Assembly (NCBI RefSeq): GCF_049977125.1
Contig: NZ_JBMFGY010000005.1
Coordinates: 5,965-69,964, forward strand
Length of the DNA stretch: 64,000 bases
Origin: Acidiphilium sp.
Lineage (GTDB): Bacteria > Pseudomonadota > Alphaproteobacteria > Acetobacterales > Acetobacteraceae
Direction: 5' to 3'
The position numbers and the translations under genes were made by a program. The notes beneath the pieces are model-generated. The model ran no database searches and was not told the origin of the DNA. It was given only the letters and a program-made list of their open reading frames with translations. This document shows, one piece after another, positions 1 through 9,943 of the stretch. How positions within the stretch are numbered: the first letter of the stretch is position 1; each line of letters starts with the position of its first letter.

Positions 1-92
1 ACGGCAGAGTAAAGAACCAACCTTCACTCTATGACGCATGATGCATCGCACCATCGCGGGCGTAAAGGAAAATCGGCGGGGATTATTCATAA

Positions 93-136
93 AAAATGCA
101 CTTTGAGGCGGTTGTTGCTCATTTTGTGTGCATTTT
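93..136 (-). terminator. Possible weak intrinsic terminator downstream of rnj
   Basis: Inverted repeat AAAATGCAC (93-101) / GTGCATTTT (128-136) with a 26-nt loop. On the minus strand the 3' arm runs into a T-run (GTGCATTTTTT). The stem is AT-rich and the loop is large, so the call is weak. Confidence 0.25.
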
Positions 137-170
137 ATGCTGTGACTTGGTGTTTTTGCCTATGAGATAA

Positions 171-1832
171 TCAACCGATCTGGATGACGTGGACATCAAC
201 CATGGGACGCTTGCCGAATCGGCGGCCGAGGACGCGGCGGAGGGCGGATTGCGCGGCTTCCTTCACGGCGCCGCGATCGGTGCGCAGGCTGGCGGGAAGT
301 TCCTCGAAACTCGTGACGAAATCGGCTTCGAGGGCGGCGAGGGCGGAATCCTCGGTGTCGAACAGACCCGGCGCGGTGATCTGCGCGCCGCCCTTGACCC
401 GGCCGGATTGGTCGATCGCGATGCTGCCGATCACGACGCCGTTGAACATCATGCGCCGGCGCGCGGCCATGACGCCGCCCTGCATCGGGACGAGGCGATC
501 GCCATCGACCGCGAGGCGTCCGACCGGGACAGAATCGATCACCTCGGGTTCGCCGGGGCCGAGGCGGGCGACGTCGCCATCTTCGAGCAGGAGGGTGCTG
601 ATGCCCTCGGCTTCGGCGAGATCGGCCTGGGCGGCCATGTGACGCCATTCGCCATGGGTCGGGATGATGTATTTCGGGCGGACCAGGCGGTAGAGATGGC
701 GCAGCTCGTCACGCGCGGGGTGGCCGGAGACGTGAACCATGTGGTCATCCGCGGTCATGACGTTGACGCCGGCGCGGACCAGATCGTCCTGGACGTTGCC
801 GATCGCGCGCTCGTTGCCGGGGATCATGCGCGAGGAGAAGATGACGGTGTCGCCTTCGCCGAGGGCGATATTGCGGTGGGTGTCGGCGGCGATGCGGGCG
901 AGGGCGGAGCGTTTTTCGCCCTGGCTGCCGGTGGCGAGGATCAGGAGATTGTCGTCGGGGATGCGGCCGGCTTCGTCCTCGGGGACGAAATCGGGCAGGT
1001 CCTGGAGGTAGCCGGTCTCCTGCGCGGCTTCGACATATTTGGCGAGGCTGCGGCCGACCAAAGCGACGTGGCGATCCGCGGCGAGGGCGGCTTTTACCAC
1101 CGTGTCGATCCTTGCGATGTTGCTCGAGAAACAGGTGACGACCACCCTGCCCTTCAGCCCGGCGATCAGCGCGGTCATGCTTTTGCGCACCGTGGCCTCC
1201 GAGCCGGAATGGCCTTCGACCTGGGCGTTGGTGGAATCGGAGACCATCGCGAGCACGCCCCGATCGCCCAGCGCCTTGAGGGCGGCTTCGTCGGTCGGCG
1301 GGCCGACCAGGGGTTCGGGGTCGAGTTTCCAGTCGCCGGTGTGCAGGATGGTGCCGACCCTGGTGGTGATGGCGAGCGCCTGCGCTTCCGGGGTGGAGTG
1401 GGCCATGCGGATGTATTGCAGGTCGAACCCGCCGATTTTGAACGCGGAACCGGGGGCGGTTTCGTGGATTTTCACGCTGCGCAGCAGGCCGGCTTCGCTG
1501 AGACGGTAGCGGATGAGGGCGGCGGTGAAGGGGGTGGCGTAGATCGGGCAGCGCAGCGCATCCCAGATGCGGGCGATGCCGCCGATGTGGTCTTCATGGG
1601 CGTGGGTGATCACGAGGCCGGTGATGCGGTCGCGGTTGGCCCTGAGATAGGCGGGGTCGGGGACCAGCAATTCGGCTTCGGGGGCTTCCGGCCCGGCGAA
1701 GCCCATGCCGCAATCGACCACCAGCAGCTCGTCATCGATGCCGTAGACATTGAGGTTCATGCCGATTTCGCCGGTGCCGCCGAGCGGGGTGAAGGTGAAG
1801 CCGGCGTTGGATTTTGTGGGTTTTTTGGTCAT
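171..1832 (-). CDS. rnj: Ribonuclease J (metallo-beta-lactamase/beta-CASP family)
   Basis: The 585-aa ORF was trimmed to the ATG at 1832 (MTKKPTKSNAGFTFTPLGG...). It has the HxHxDH motif (THAHEDHIGG) and an RNase J-like length of about 553 aa. It starts 22 nt after the coaX stop. Confidence 0.85.
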   Translation of the reverse strand: MTKKPTKSNAGFTFTPLGGTGEIGMNLNVYGIDDELLVVDCGMGFAGPEAPEAELLVPDPAYLRANRDRITGLVITHAHEDHIGGIARIWDALRCPIYATPFTAALIRYRLSEAGLLRSVKIHETAPGSAFKIGGFDLQYIRMAHSTPEAQALAITTRVGTILHTGDWKLDPEPLVGPPTDEAALKALGDRGVLAMVSDSTNAQVEGHSGSEATVRKSMTALIAGLKGRVVVTCFSSNIARIDTVVKAALAADRHVALVGRSLAKYVEAAQETGYLQDLPDFVPEDEAGRIPDDNLLILATGSQGEKRSALARIAADTHRNIALGEGDTVIFSSRMIPGNERAIGNVQDDLVRAGVNVMTADDHMVHVSGHPARDELRHLYRLVRPKYIIPTHGEWRHMAAQADLAEAEGISTLLLEDGDVARLGPGEPEVIDSVPVGRLAVDGDRLVPMQGGVMAARRRMMFNGVVIGSIAIDQSGRVKGGAQITAPGLFDTEDSALAALEADFVTSFEELPASLRTDRGAVKEAAQSALRRVLGRRFGKRPMVDVHVIQIG

Positions 1833-1854
1833 TCGTGATGGTCTTTCATGATCG

Positions 1855-2655
1855 TCAGTCGTTTTCCGGCTCGCGGTTGCGCAATGGCGGGGATGGGTTG
1901 CGCAGCGCCAGCAGGCGCAACCCTTCAAGGGTGAGATCGGGGTCGGTGCGCTCGATCCGGGGGCTGCCCTCGGCGATCAGGGGGGCGAGGCCGCCGGTGG
2001 CGATGGTTTTCATCGGCGCGCCGAATTCGGCTTCGATCCGGGTGATCAGGCCTTCGACCAGGCCGACATAGCCCCAGTAGATGCCTGAGCGCATGGCGGG
2101 AATGGTGGAGGTGCCGATCACCCGCTGCGGGCGGCCGATGCCGATGCGCGGCAGGCGGGCGGCGGCCTGGTGCAGCGCCTCGACCGAGAGGTTGATGCCG
2201 GGTGCGATCGCGCCGCCGATATAGGCGCCGGTTTGATCGACGACGTCGAAGGTGGTGGCGGTGCCGAAATCGACCACGATCAAGGGGCCGCCATAGGTCT
2301 GATGGGCGGCGAGCGCGTTGAGCAGACGGTCGGCGCCAACCTCGGCGGGATTGTCGACCGCGATGGCGAAGCCCCAGTCGAGCGTGGCGCTGGCGATCAG
2401 GGGTTCGATGCCGAACCAGTCACGGCAGAGGCGGCGGAGGTGGTAGAGGGCGGCGGGAACCACGGTGCCGATGACGGCGCGGGTGATCGCCGCGACCGCG
2501 ATGCCGTTGCGTTCGAGCAGAAAGCCGAGCCAGACGCCGTATTCATCGGACGTGCGCTGCGCATCGGTCGCGATGCGCCAGGTGCCGCGCCAGGCGATGC
2601 CGTCATGCACCGCGAAGACGATGTTGGTGTTACCGGCATCGATGACCAGTCTCAT
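1855..2655 (-). CDS. coaX: Type III pantothenate kinase
   Basis: The ORF was trimmed to the ATG at 2655. The N-terminus [16 protein letters not shown] carries the CoaX DxGNT signature. Length is 266 aa. The upstream in-frame extension is Pro/Ser/Ala-rich junk that overlaps birA. Confidence 0.85.
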   Translation of the reverse strand: MRLVIDAGNTNIVFAVHDGIAWRGTWRIATDAQRTSDEYGVWLGFLLERNGIAVAAITRAVIGTVVPAALYHLRRLCRDWFGIEPLIASATLDWGFAIAVDNPAEVGADRLLNALAAHQTYGGPLIVVDFGTATTFDVVDQTGAYIGGAIAPGINLSVEALHQAAARLPRIGIGRPQRVIGTSTIPAMRSGIYWGYVGLVEGLITRIEAEFGAPMKTIATGGLAPLIAEGSPRIERTDPDLTLEGLRLLALRNPSPPLRNREPEND

Positions 2656-2677
2656 GTGGTTCGGTCCCTGGCGCTGC

Positions 2678-3406
2678 TCATAGCAGGGCGACGTCGCCGC
2701 TGCGGATGGTGGTGATGGTGTCGCCCTGTCGGAGCAATAAACTGCCCGCGGCGTCAATCCCGGCGAAGGTTCCGGTACGGCGTCCGCCGTCGATGGTGAG
2801 GGCGGCACCTTGGGGGTGGGCGCGCGATTGCCACGCCGCGCGGAGGGTGGCGCCGTGATCGGCGGCGAGGCTGGCTTGCCAGTGGTCGAGCCGGGCGCAG
2901 AGTGTCGGGAGGAGGTCGGCCGGGGTGGCGCGGCCACCGAGCGCGGCGAGGCTGGTGGTGGCGCGGCCCTCGATTTCGGGGGCATGGGCGAGGTTGACGC
3001 CGAAGCCGATGATCAGCGTGGCGATCATGCCCTGCTCGACCGTGGCATCGAGCAGGATGCCGGCGAGTTTGGCGCCGTTGGCCATGAGGTCGTTCGGCCA
3101 TTTGAGGCTGAGCGGCGACGGGTGGGGCAGCATGGGATCGAGCGACTCGAGCAGCGACAATCCGGCGATCAGGGCGAACATTCCTCCCTCGGCGGCCGGG
3201 ATGGCGGGGCGCAGCAGGGCGGAGGCGTAGAAATTACCCGACGGCGAGGACCAGACCCGACCGGCGCGGCCGCGCCCGGCGGTCTGGCGTGTCGCGGTGA
3301 CGAACAGGCGGTCGGGCTCACCGTTGCGGGCGCGCTCGGCGCAAAGATCGGAGGTGGAGGCGAGGGTCTCATGACAGGCGAACCGCCACCCCGGCTCGGC
3401 CGTCAA
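2678..3406 (-). CDS. birA: Biotin--[acetyl-CoA-carboxylase] ligase (group I, no HTH domain)
   Basis: Carries the [19 protein letters not shown] biotin-binding motif and KWPNDL. No ATG lies between the homologous region and nuoN. I propose the TTG at 3406-3404, which overlaps the nuoN TGA (TTGA junction). The stop is firm; the start is inferred. Confidence 0.7.
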   Translation of the reverse strand: MTAEPGWRFACHETLASTSDLCAERARNGEPDRLFVTATRQTAGRGRAGRVWSSPSGNFYASALLRPAIPAAEGGMFALIAGLSLLESLDPMLPHPSPLSLKWPNDLMANGAKLAGILLDATVEQGMIATLIIGFGVNLAHAPEIEGRATTSLAALGGRATPADLLPTLCARLDHWQASLAADHGATLRAAWQSRAHPQGAALTIDGGRRTGTFAGIDAAGSLLLRQGDTITTIRSGDVALL

Positions 3407-4851
3407 AAGCCCTGGCTCGGAAACAGCGCGTGGGCCGCGAGCGAGGAGACGGTGGACAACGGCGCGGGGTAGAAGACGAACAAGGCGATCGCGATCGCGC
3501 TCACACCGATCACGAGGTTGATGCCGGCGCTGCGCCGGTCGAAACCGGGGGAGCCCGTGTCGAAATACATCACTTTGATCACGCGGAGATAATAAAACGC
3601 GGCGATCGTGCTGGTGATGATGCCGATGACCGCCAGAATGTCGAGACGCGCGTCGATCGCGGCGGCGAAGACGTAGAATTTGCCGAAGAAGCCCGCCAGC
3701 GGCGGGATGCCCGCCATCGACCACATCATGATCGCGAGCACCAGAGCGTAGCGCCCGTCCTCGCTCGCCATGCCGGCGAGATCGGCGATGCGTTCGACCG
3801 GGCGGCCCTTGCGCGACATCGCGATGATGCAGCCGAAGGTGCCGAGCGACATCACGAGGTAGATCGCGAGGTAGATCAGGGTCGCGCGGATGCCCATGAG
3901 CGTGCCGGCGGCGAGACCCATCAGGGCGTAGCCCATGTGCCCGATCGAGGAATACCCCATCAGGCGCTTGATGTTGGTCTGCCCGATCGCGCCGAGCGCG
4001 CCGACGATCATCGAGGTGGCGGCGAGGATTTCGACCAGATCCTGCCATTGCATGAACAATGGCCCGAACGGGCCGAGCATCACGCGCAACAGCAGCGCGA
4101 ACACCGCGAGTTTCGGCGCGGTGGCGAAAAAGACGGTGACCGAACTGGGCGCGCCTTCATAGACATCCGGCGTCCACATATGGAACGGGGCGGCGGAGAT
4201 TTTGAAGGCGAGGCCGACCAGGACGAAGACGATGCCGACGGTCGACCCCAGCGACGCGGCGGCGCTGCCGGTGAGGGCGCGGGCGATGCCCTCGAAATTG
4301 GTGGTGCCGGAAAAGCCATAGACCAGCGAAATTCCGTAGAGAAGGATGCCGGAGGACAGCGCGCCGAGGACGAAGTATTTCAGCCCGGCTTCGGAGGAGC
4401 GCAGATTGTTGCGCGCGAAGGCGGCGAGCACGTAGAGGGCGAGCGACATGATCTCGAAGCCGAGATACAGCGTCAGCAGGTCGCCGGCCGAGATCAGCAC
4501 GATCATGCCGACCACGGCGAAGATGATCAGCACCGGATATTCGAAACGGGTGATGCCGGTGCGCTCGTTGAACGCGACCGAGAGCGACAGCGCGCCGGCG
4601 GCGCCGAGCAGCACCAGCATGTCGGCGAAGCGGGTGAAATCGCTGGTGAGGTAGAGGCCGTGGAAGACCTCGCCATCGGGTGCGGCGAAGATCAGGCGGG
4701 CGGTGATCGCCAGGATCACGATGGCGCTGCCGGTGATCGCGAAACTATGATCGCGCGCGGTGAACACGCCGGACATCAACATGATCATGCCGGCGATGGC
4801 GAGGAACAGGAGGGGGAGCATGGTGTTGAACATGATCATCGCGGCACTCAT
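3403..4851 (-). CDS. nuoN: NADH-quinone oxidoreductase subunit N
   Basis: The 914-aa ORF was trimmed to the ATG at 4851 (MSAAMIMFNTMLPLLFLAIAG...), which forms an ATGA overlap with the nuoM stop. It is a polytopic antiporter-like protein of 482 aa in the last position of the nuo operon. Confidence 0.85.
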   Translation of the reverse strand: MSAAMIMFNTMLPLLFLAIAGMIMLMSGVFTARDHSFAITGSAIVILAITARLIFAAPDGEVFHGLYLTSDFTRFADMLVLLGAAGALSLSVAFNERTGITRFEYPVLIIFAVVGMIVLISAGDLLTLYLGFEIMSLALYVLAAFARNNLRSSEAGLKYFVLGALSSGILLYGISLVYGFSGTTNFEGIARALTGSAAASLGSTVGIVFVLVGLAFKISAAPFHMWTPDVYEGAPSSVTVFFATAPKLAVFALLLRVMLGPFGPLFMQWQDLVEILAATSMIVGALGAIGQTNIKRLMGYSSIGHMGYALMGLAAGTLMGIRATLIYLAIYLVMSLGTFGCIIAMSRKGRPVERIADLAGMASEDGRYALVLAIMMWSMAGIPPLAGFFGKFYVFAAAIDARLDILAVIGIITSTIAAFYYLRVIKVMYFDTGSPGFDRRSAGINLVIGVSAIAIALFVFYPAPLSTVSSLAAHALFPSQGF

Positions 4852-6365
4852 GGTTTGGCCATCGCAAGCGTTGCCGGCAGCTGAAGGGCGGCGACATGGG
4901 CGCGCACCAGATCGGTCACCGCGGTGTGGAACGCCTCGGTCAGACCGCCGGGCACGAAGCCAAGCCCGAGGACAAGGACGGCGAGCGGGGCGAGCATGAG
5001 CCATTCCTTGCCGGTGAGGTCGCTGATGACGGCGTTCGCGATGCTGCGCGCATGGTCGAACAGGACGCGGCGGACCATGACCAGCATGTAGATCACGCTC
5101 AGGATCATGCCGGTGCTGACCAGGAGGGCGACCCAGAAATTGACCTGGATGGCGCCGATCATGACCAGGATTTCGCCGACGAAGCCGGAGGTGCCGGGCA
5201 GGCCGATATTGGCGAGGACGAAAAACATCAGGAAGGCCGCATAAATCGGCATGCGGGTGGCAAGCCCGCCCAGCTGGTCGAGCCGGAGCGAATGGCCGCG
5301 CGCGAGCAGGATGCCGACGCAGAGGAACAGGCCGGCGATGACCAGGCCGTGCGAGACCATCTGGAACAACGCACCTTCGATGCCGATGACCGTGAAGGTG
5401 AAGATGCCGACGATGATGAGCCCCATGTGGGCGACCGAGGAATAGGCGATCATGCGCTTCATGTCGGTTTGCGCGAGGGCGGCGAAGGAGATGTAGATGA
5501 CGCCCATGATGCCGAGGGCGAACATCAGCGGTGCGAAATACTGCGAGGCTTGCGGCAGCATCGGCAGGGAGAAGCGCAGGAAGCCGAAGGCGCCCATTTT
5601 CGAGAGCACGGCGGCGAGCATGATGGTGCCGGGCAGCGGCGCTTCGCCATAAGCATCGGGCAGCCAGGTGTGCAGCGGCCAGACCGCGGCCTTGACGCCG
5701 AACGAGGCGAGGAAGGCGAGGAACAGCCAATCCTGAATATGCGGCGGGATCGGCGTGTGCATCAGGGTGATCATGTCGGTGGTGCCGGCGTTGTGCCACA
5801 TCCACACCAGGGCGAGCAGCATCGGCAACGAGCCGGCCAGAGTGAACAGGAAGAATTTGAGCGCGGCGTGGATGCGCCGCTCGCCGCCCCAGATTCCGAT
5901 GATCAGATACATCGGGATCAGCACGCCCTCGAAGAAGATGTAAAACATCAGGAAATCGAGCGAGCAGAACATGCCGATCGTCATGGTTTCCAGCAGCAGG
6001 AAGGCGGCCATGTACTCGCGCACGCGGCGGCTCTCGCGCCAGCTCGCGAGGATGGCGATCGGGGTCAGCAGCGCGCTGAGGGCGACGAAGAACAGGCTGA
6101 TGCCGTCGATGCCGAGACGGTAGGCGATATGGAATTGCGGAATCCACGGGGCGGTTTCGGTGAATTGGAAACCATGGGCCTGCGGGTTGAAATCGGACAG
6201 CATGATCGCGGCGAGCACCAGGACGAGCAGGCTGGTCCAGAGCGCGATCCAGCGGGCGTTGCGCGCGCTGGCAGCGAGGCTGCCCTGCGGGACGAAGATA
6301 AGCGCGGCACCGATCAGCGGCAACCAGATCATCAGCGAGAGGAGGGGAAACATCATGGTGCTCAC
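4848..6365 (-). CDS. nuoM: NADH-quinone oxidoreductase subunit M
   Basis: 505-aa polytopic ORF (MSTMMFPLLSLMIWLPLIGA...). The first codon is GTG at 6365 and overlaps the nuoL TGA. ATG codons at 6356 and 6353 are alternative starts. Confidence 0.85.
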   Translation of the reverse strand: MSTMMFPLLSLMIWLPLIGAALIFVPQGSLAASARNARWIALWTSLLVLVLAAIMLSDFNPQAHGFQFTETAPWIPQFHIAYRLGIDGISLFFVALSALLTPIAILASWRESRRVREYMAAFLLLETMTIGMFCSLDFLMFYIFFEGVLIPMYLIIGIWGGERRIHAALKFFLFTLAGSLPMLLALVWMWHNAGTTDMITLMHTPIPPHIQDWLFLAFLASFGVKAAVWPLHTWLPDAYGEAPLPGTIMLAAVLSKMGAFGFLRFSLPMLPQASQYFAPLMFALGIMGVIYISFAALAQTDMKRMIAYSSVAHMGLIIVGIFTFTVIGIEGALFQMVSHGLVIAGLFLCVGILLARGHSLRLDQLGGLATRMPIYAAFLMFFVLANIGLPGTSGFVGEILVMIGAIQVNFWVALLVSTGMILSVIYMLVMVRRVLFDHARSIANAVISDLTGKEWLMLAPLAVLVLGLGFVPGGLTEAFHTAVTDLVRAHVAALQLPATLAMAKP

Positions 6366-8290
6366 CGCGCCAGCAGGAAGATGGTGACCAGCACCATCAG
6401 GCCGATCAGCATGACGAAGCCATAGACCGCGATCGATCCGCTTTGCAGGCGGGCGGCCTGGCCCGACGCCTCGCTGGTGAGGCGGGCGAGGCCGGTGGGA
6501 ACGCCATCGATCACCTCATCATCGCCGACGCGCCAGATCAGCCGGGCGAGACGCAAGGCGGGGCGGACGAAGATGATGTCGTAGGCTTCGTCGAAATACC
6601 ATTTGTTCAGCACGAAGGCGTAGAGTCCGGGCAGTGATTTCGCGAGTTTTTCCGGCATCGCCGGGGCGATTTCGTAGAACCAGTAGGCGATGCCGATGCC
6701 GCCGATCGCCAGCAGCAGCGGCAGCTCCGCCCCCCATGCCGGGATGGTGTCGCGCAGGAGAAGGGCGGCGCCGTGGTGCGGCAGAGCGACGCTGGCACCC
6801 CAGAACGCGGCGAAATGCGTGCCGATGAAAATCGGCGCCAGCAGGAAGCCGCTGGTCAGGGCGCCGATCGCGAGGATGAGCAGAGGGCCGAGCATGACGA
6901 CGGGGCTTTCGTGGGCGTGGGCGATGGTTTCGGCCGGGCCGCGCGGCTTGCCGTGAAACACCAGAAGCATCAGCCGCACGATGTAGAAGGCGGTCAGCCC
7001 GGCGCCGAGCGAGCCGGCGAACCAGCCGAACAGAGCGGTGGGCGAGTGGTTGGCGAAGGCGGCGGCGAGGATCGCGTCCTTGGAGAAATAACCCGAGAAC
7101 GGCGGGATCGCGGCGAGGGCCAGGGCACCGAACCACATTGTGCCGTAGGTGATCGGCAGTTTGCGCCACAGGCCGCCCATTTTGCGGATGTCCTGCTCAT
7201 CGGCCAAAGCGTGGATCACTGAGCCGGCGCCGAGGAACAGGAGGGCCTTGAAGAAGGCGTGGTTGACCAGATGGAACATCGCCGCGGGCGCAGCACCGAC
7301 GCCGACCGCGATGAACATGTAGCCGAGCTGCGAGCAGGTGGAATAGGCGATGATGCGCTTGATGTCGTTTTGCACACAGCCGATCGTGGCGGTGAAGAAC
7401 GCGGTGGCGGCGCCGATGAGGGTGATGAGGTCGAGCGCGACCGGGGCATGATCGATCAGCGGGGTCATCCGCACCATCAGGAAGACCCCGGCGGTGACCA
7501 TGGTGGCGGCGTGGATCAGGGCGGAGATCGGGGTGGGGCCTTCCATCGCGTCCGGCAGCCAGGTGTGCAGGAATAATTGCGCCGATTTGCCCATGGCGCC
7601 GATGAACAGAAGGATCGAGATCACTTCGAGCACCGGCAACGCGCTGCCGAACAACGGGTAGGTCAGCGGGATCGCGGCGGGAACGCCAGCGAAAATCACG
7701 TCGAAACTGACGCTGTGGAAGGTCAGCCAGGTCAGGGCGATGCCGATCGCGAAGAACAGATCGCCGATCCGGTTGACGATGAACGCCTTGATCGCGGCTT
7801 CGTTGGCGCTCGCGCGGTCGTACCAGTAGCCGATCAGCAGATAGGACATCAGGCCGACCCCCTCCCAGCCGAAGAACAGCTGGATCAGGTTGTTGGCGGT
7901 GACCAGCATCAGCATGGCGAAGGTGAACAGGGAGATATAGACGAAGAAGCGCGGCTCGGTACGGTCGTGCGCCATGTAGCCGATGCTGTAGATGTGGATG
8001 ATCGCGGAGACCACCGTGACCATGCCGACCATGACCAAAGACAGCGTGTCCTGACGCAGCGACCAATGGGGGGTGAATTGCGCGACGGCAATCCAGGCGC
8101 CGAACATCACGCGGTGATCGGGCAGGTTCAGGACGAGATGGCGATAATCGGTGGCGATGGCGGCCGCGGCGGCGATGATCAGGCCAGCGACGCTGAGCCC
8201 GACCGCGAGGGCGCGGCTGGCGAAGGGACGGAACAGGGCGGCGAGCAAGGCACCGGCGAGCGGTGCCAGAACGGCGATGGCGATGAACAT
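6362..8290 (-). CDS. nuoL: NADH-quinone oxidoreductase subunit L
   Basis: 642-aa antiporter-like membrane protein with an ATG start, sitting between nuoK and nuoM. Confidence 0.9.
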   Translation of the reverse strand: MFIAIAVLAPLAGALLAALFRPFASRALAVGLSVAGLIIAAAAAIATDYRHLVLNLPDHRVMFGAWIAVAQFTPHWSLRQDTLSLVMVGMVTVVSAIIHIYSIGYMAHDRTEPRFFVYISLFTFAMLMLVTANNLIQLFFGWEGVGLMSYLLIGYWYDRASANEAAIKAFIVNRIGDLFFAIGIALTWLTFHSVSFDVIFAGVPAAIPLTYPLFGSALPVLEVISILLFIGAMGKSAQLFLHTWLPDAMEGPTPISALIHAATMVTAGVFLMVRMTPLIDHAPVALDLITLIGAATAFFTATIGCVQNDIKRIIAYSTCSQLGYMFIAVGVGAAPAAMFHLVNHAFFKALLFLGAGSVIHALADEQDIRKMGGLWRKLPITYGTMWFGALALAAIPPFSGYFSKDAILAAAFANHSPTALFGWFAGSLGAGLTAFYIVRLMLLVFHGKPRGPAETIAHAHESPVVMLGPLLILAIGALTSGFLLAPIFIGTHFAAFWGASVALPHHGAALLLRDTIPAWGAELPLLLAIGGIGIAYWFYEIAPAMPEKLAKSLPGLYAFVLNKWYFDEAYDIIFVRPALRLARLIWRVGDDEVIDGVPTGLARLTSEASGQAARLQSGSIAVYGFVMLIGLMVLVTIFLLAR

Positions 8291-8291
8291 G

Positions 8292-8600
8292 TCAGCCCTT
8301 CATCAACGTGACGTCTTCGACTTCGATCGAGCCGCGGTTGCGGAAATACACCACGACGATGGCCAGACCGATCGCTGATTCCGCCGCGGCGACCGAGAGG
8401 ACGAACATGGTGAACACCTGGCCCATCATGTCGTGCAGGGCCGCCGAGAAGGCGACGAAATTGATGTTCGCGGCCAGCAGGATCAGCTCGATCGACATCA
8501 TGATGACGATGATGTTTTTGCGGTTGAGGAAAATGCCGAACACGCCGATCACCAGCAACAGACCGGCGACCACGAGGTAATGAGCCAACCCGATGGTCAT
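8292..8600 (-). CDS. nuoK: NADH-quinone oxidoreductase subunit K
   Basis: 102-aa, 3-TM protein ([29 protein letters not shown]...). It has an ATGA overlap with the nuoJ stop. Confidence 0.9.
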   Translation of the reverse strand: MTIGLAHYLVVAGLLLVIGVFGIFLNRKNIIVIMMSIELILLAANINFVAFSAALHDMMGQVFTMFVLSVAAAESAIGLAIVVVYFRNRGSIEVEDVTLMKG

Positions 8601-9280
8601 TGCGCGATCTCCTTGTCAACGGCGGGGTCAACGGCGGGGTCGATGGCGGGTGCGGCCGTCGCCGGGGTGATGCGGCGCGCGCCCTCGCCCAGTTTCATCG
8701 TCACCATCGTCAATGTGTCGCCGACCTCGCGATCGTGCTGGGCGCGGATGTTCTGACGGCGGGCGCCGCGACGGTCGGTGTGGGTGAGCACGATGGCGCC
8801 GATCATGGCAACCAGGAGGAGCAGCGCGACCAGTTCGAAGGGGAACATGTAGCGCGTGTAGATCAGATCGCCCAGCGCGTTGGTGTTGGGCAGCCCGGCC
8901 GGGATGGGCACCATGGTCGCGAGATGGGCGGCGGGGGCGATGGTCCAGTTGACCGCCATCAGCCCGATTTCGATCATCAGGATGAAGCCGATGGTCAGGC
9001 CGAGCGGCGCGTAACGCTGAAACCCCTCGCGCAGGGCGGCGAAATCGACATCGAGCATCATGACCACGAACAGGAATAGCACCGCGACCGCGCCGACATA
9101 GACGATGACGAGAACCATCGCGAGGAATTCAGCGCCGGCGAGCACGAACAGGGCGGCCGCGTTGATGAAGGCGAGGATCAGGAACAGAACGGAATGCACC
9201 GGATTGCGCGCGGTGATCACCATGCAGGAAGCGGCGAGCAGGATGCCAGCGAAGACATAGAAGGCGATGGCGGCGATCAT
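8597..9280 (-). CDS. nuoJ: NADH-quinone oxidoreductase subunit J
   Basis: 227 aa, with the typical N-terminus [35 protein letters not shown]. The C-terminal tail contains a PAVD/PAID repeat. Confidence 0.9.
   Translation of the reverse strand: MIAAIAFYVFAGILLAASCMVITARNPVHSVLFLILAFINAAALFVLAGAEFLAMVLVIVYVGAVAVLFLFVVMMLDVDFAALREGFQRYAPLGLTIGFILMIEIGLMAVNWTIAPAAHLATMVPIPAGLPNTNALGDLIYTRYMFPFELVALLLLVAMIGAIVLTHTDRRGARRQNIRAQHDREVGDTLTMVTMKLGEGARRITPATAAPAIDPAVDPAVDKEIAQ
8615..8650. repeat. Three tandem copies of a 12-nt unit inside the nuoJ 3' end
   Basis: GTCAACGGCGGG / GTCAACGGCGGG / GTCGATGGCGGG read directly on the plus strand. On the minus strand they encode the [10 protein letters not shown] tail. 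Confidence 0.8.
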
Positions 9281-9286
9281 GCGGCG

Positions 9287-9775
9287 CTACCGGTAGGGCG
9301 CGTCGAGTTCGAGGCGCTTGGCCAGTTCAGACTCCCAGCGATCGCCGTTGTCGAGCAGTTTCGCTTTGTCATAGAGCAATTCCTCGCGGGTTTCGGTCGC
9401 GAATTCGAAATTCGGGCCTTCGACGATGGCATCGACCGGGCAGGCTTCCTCGCACAGGCCGCAGTAGATGCATTTCGACATGTCGATATCGTAGCGTGTG
9501 GTGCGGCGCGAACCGTCGGCGCGGGGTTCGGCCTCGATGGTGATCGCCTGGGCCGGGCAGATCGCCTCGCAGAGTTTGCAGGCGATGCAGCGTTCCTCGC
9601 CGTTCGGGTAGCGGCGCAGCGCGTGTTCGCCCTTGAAGCGCGGGCTGATCGCGTTTTTCTCGTAGGGGTAGTTCAGCGTGGCCTTGCGCTTGAAAAAATA
9701 GCGCAAGGTGATTCCCATGCCGGAGAGGATTTCCAGCAGGAGGAAGCGGCGGGCGGTACGGTCTAGCAGGGGCAT
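9287..9775 (-). CDS. nuoI: NADH-quinone oxidoreductase subunit I (2x[4Fe-4S] ferredoxin)
   Basis: 162 aa with two CxxCxxCxxxCP motifs ([24 protein letters not shown]). A GGAGG Shine-Dalgarno (SD) sequence lies about 9 nt upstream of the ATG. Confidence 0.92.
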   Translation of the reverse strand: MPLLDRTARRFLLLEILSGMGITLRYFFKRKATLNYPYEKNAISPRFKGEHALRRYPNGEERCIACKLCEAICPAQAITIEAEPRADGSRRTTRYDIDMSKCIYCGLCEEACPVDAIVEGPNFEFATETREELLYDKAKLLDNGDRWESELAKRLELDAPYR

Positions 9776-9797
9776 TGAGGACGCCTCCGAAACAGCG

Positions 9798-9941
9798 AAG
9801 GGAGAAGGACTTCTTTTTTTGTAAAAAAAGAAGCAAAAAAACTTTTGTTGATTGGGGGCGTACCCGTGACAACGCCCGAGACCCTGCGAATAGAAGTTTT
9901 TTGCTTCTTTTTTTCAAAAAAGAAGTCTTCTCTTTTCCCTT
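9798..9941. repeat. AT-rich nested inverted repeat filling the nuoH-nuoI spacer
   Basis: Arms 9798-9844 and 9892-9941 are reverse complements (about 45 nt, a few indels). Each arm holds its own hairpin of the CTTCTTTTTTT-GT-AAAAAAAGAAG type. The centre has a GC hairpin, GGGCGT-N10-ACGCCC (9856-9877). Confidence 0.85.
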
Positions 9942-9943
9942 GC

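Noticed and set aside
1-12. Possible 3' end of a plus-strand gene (…TAA at 10-12)
   Set aside because: Only 9 coding nucleotides would be visible, so the call cannot be supported.
189-1838. 549-aa plus-strand ORF antisense to rnj
   Set aside because: It is a Gly/Asp/Ala/Arg-rich translation with no motifs. It exactly shadows a well-supported minus-strand gene, which is a typical high-GC antisense ORF.
3403-6147. Very long N-terminal extensions in the ORF track (nuoN 914 aa, nuoG 737 aa, nuoF 504 aa, lon 852 aa, coaX 376 aa and others)
   Set aside because: The extensions overlap the upstream gene and are Arg/Pro-rich. Internal starts give canonical protein lengths and tight operon junctions.
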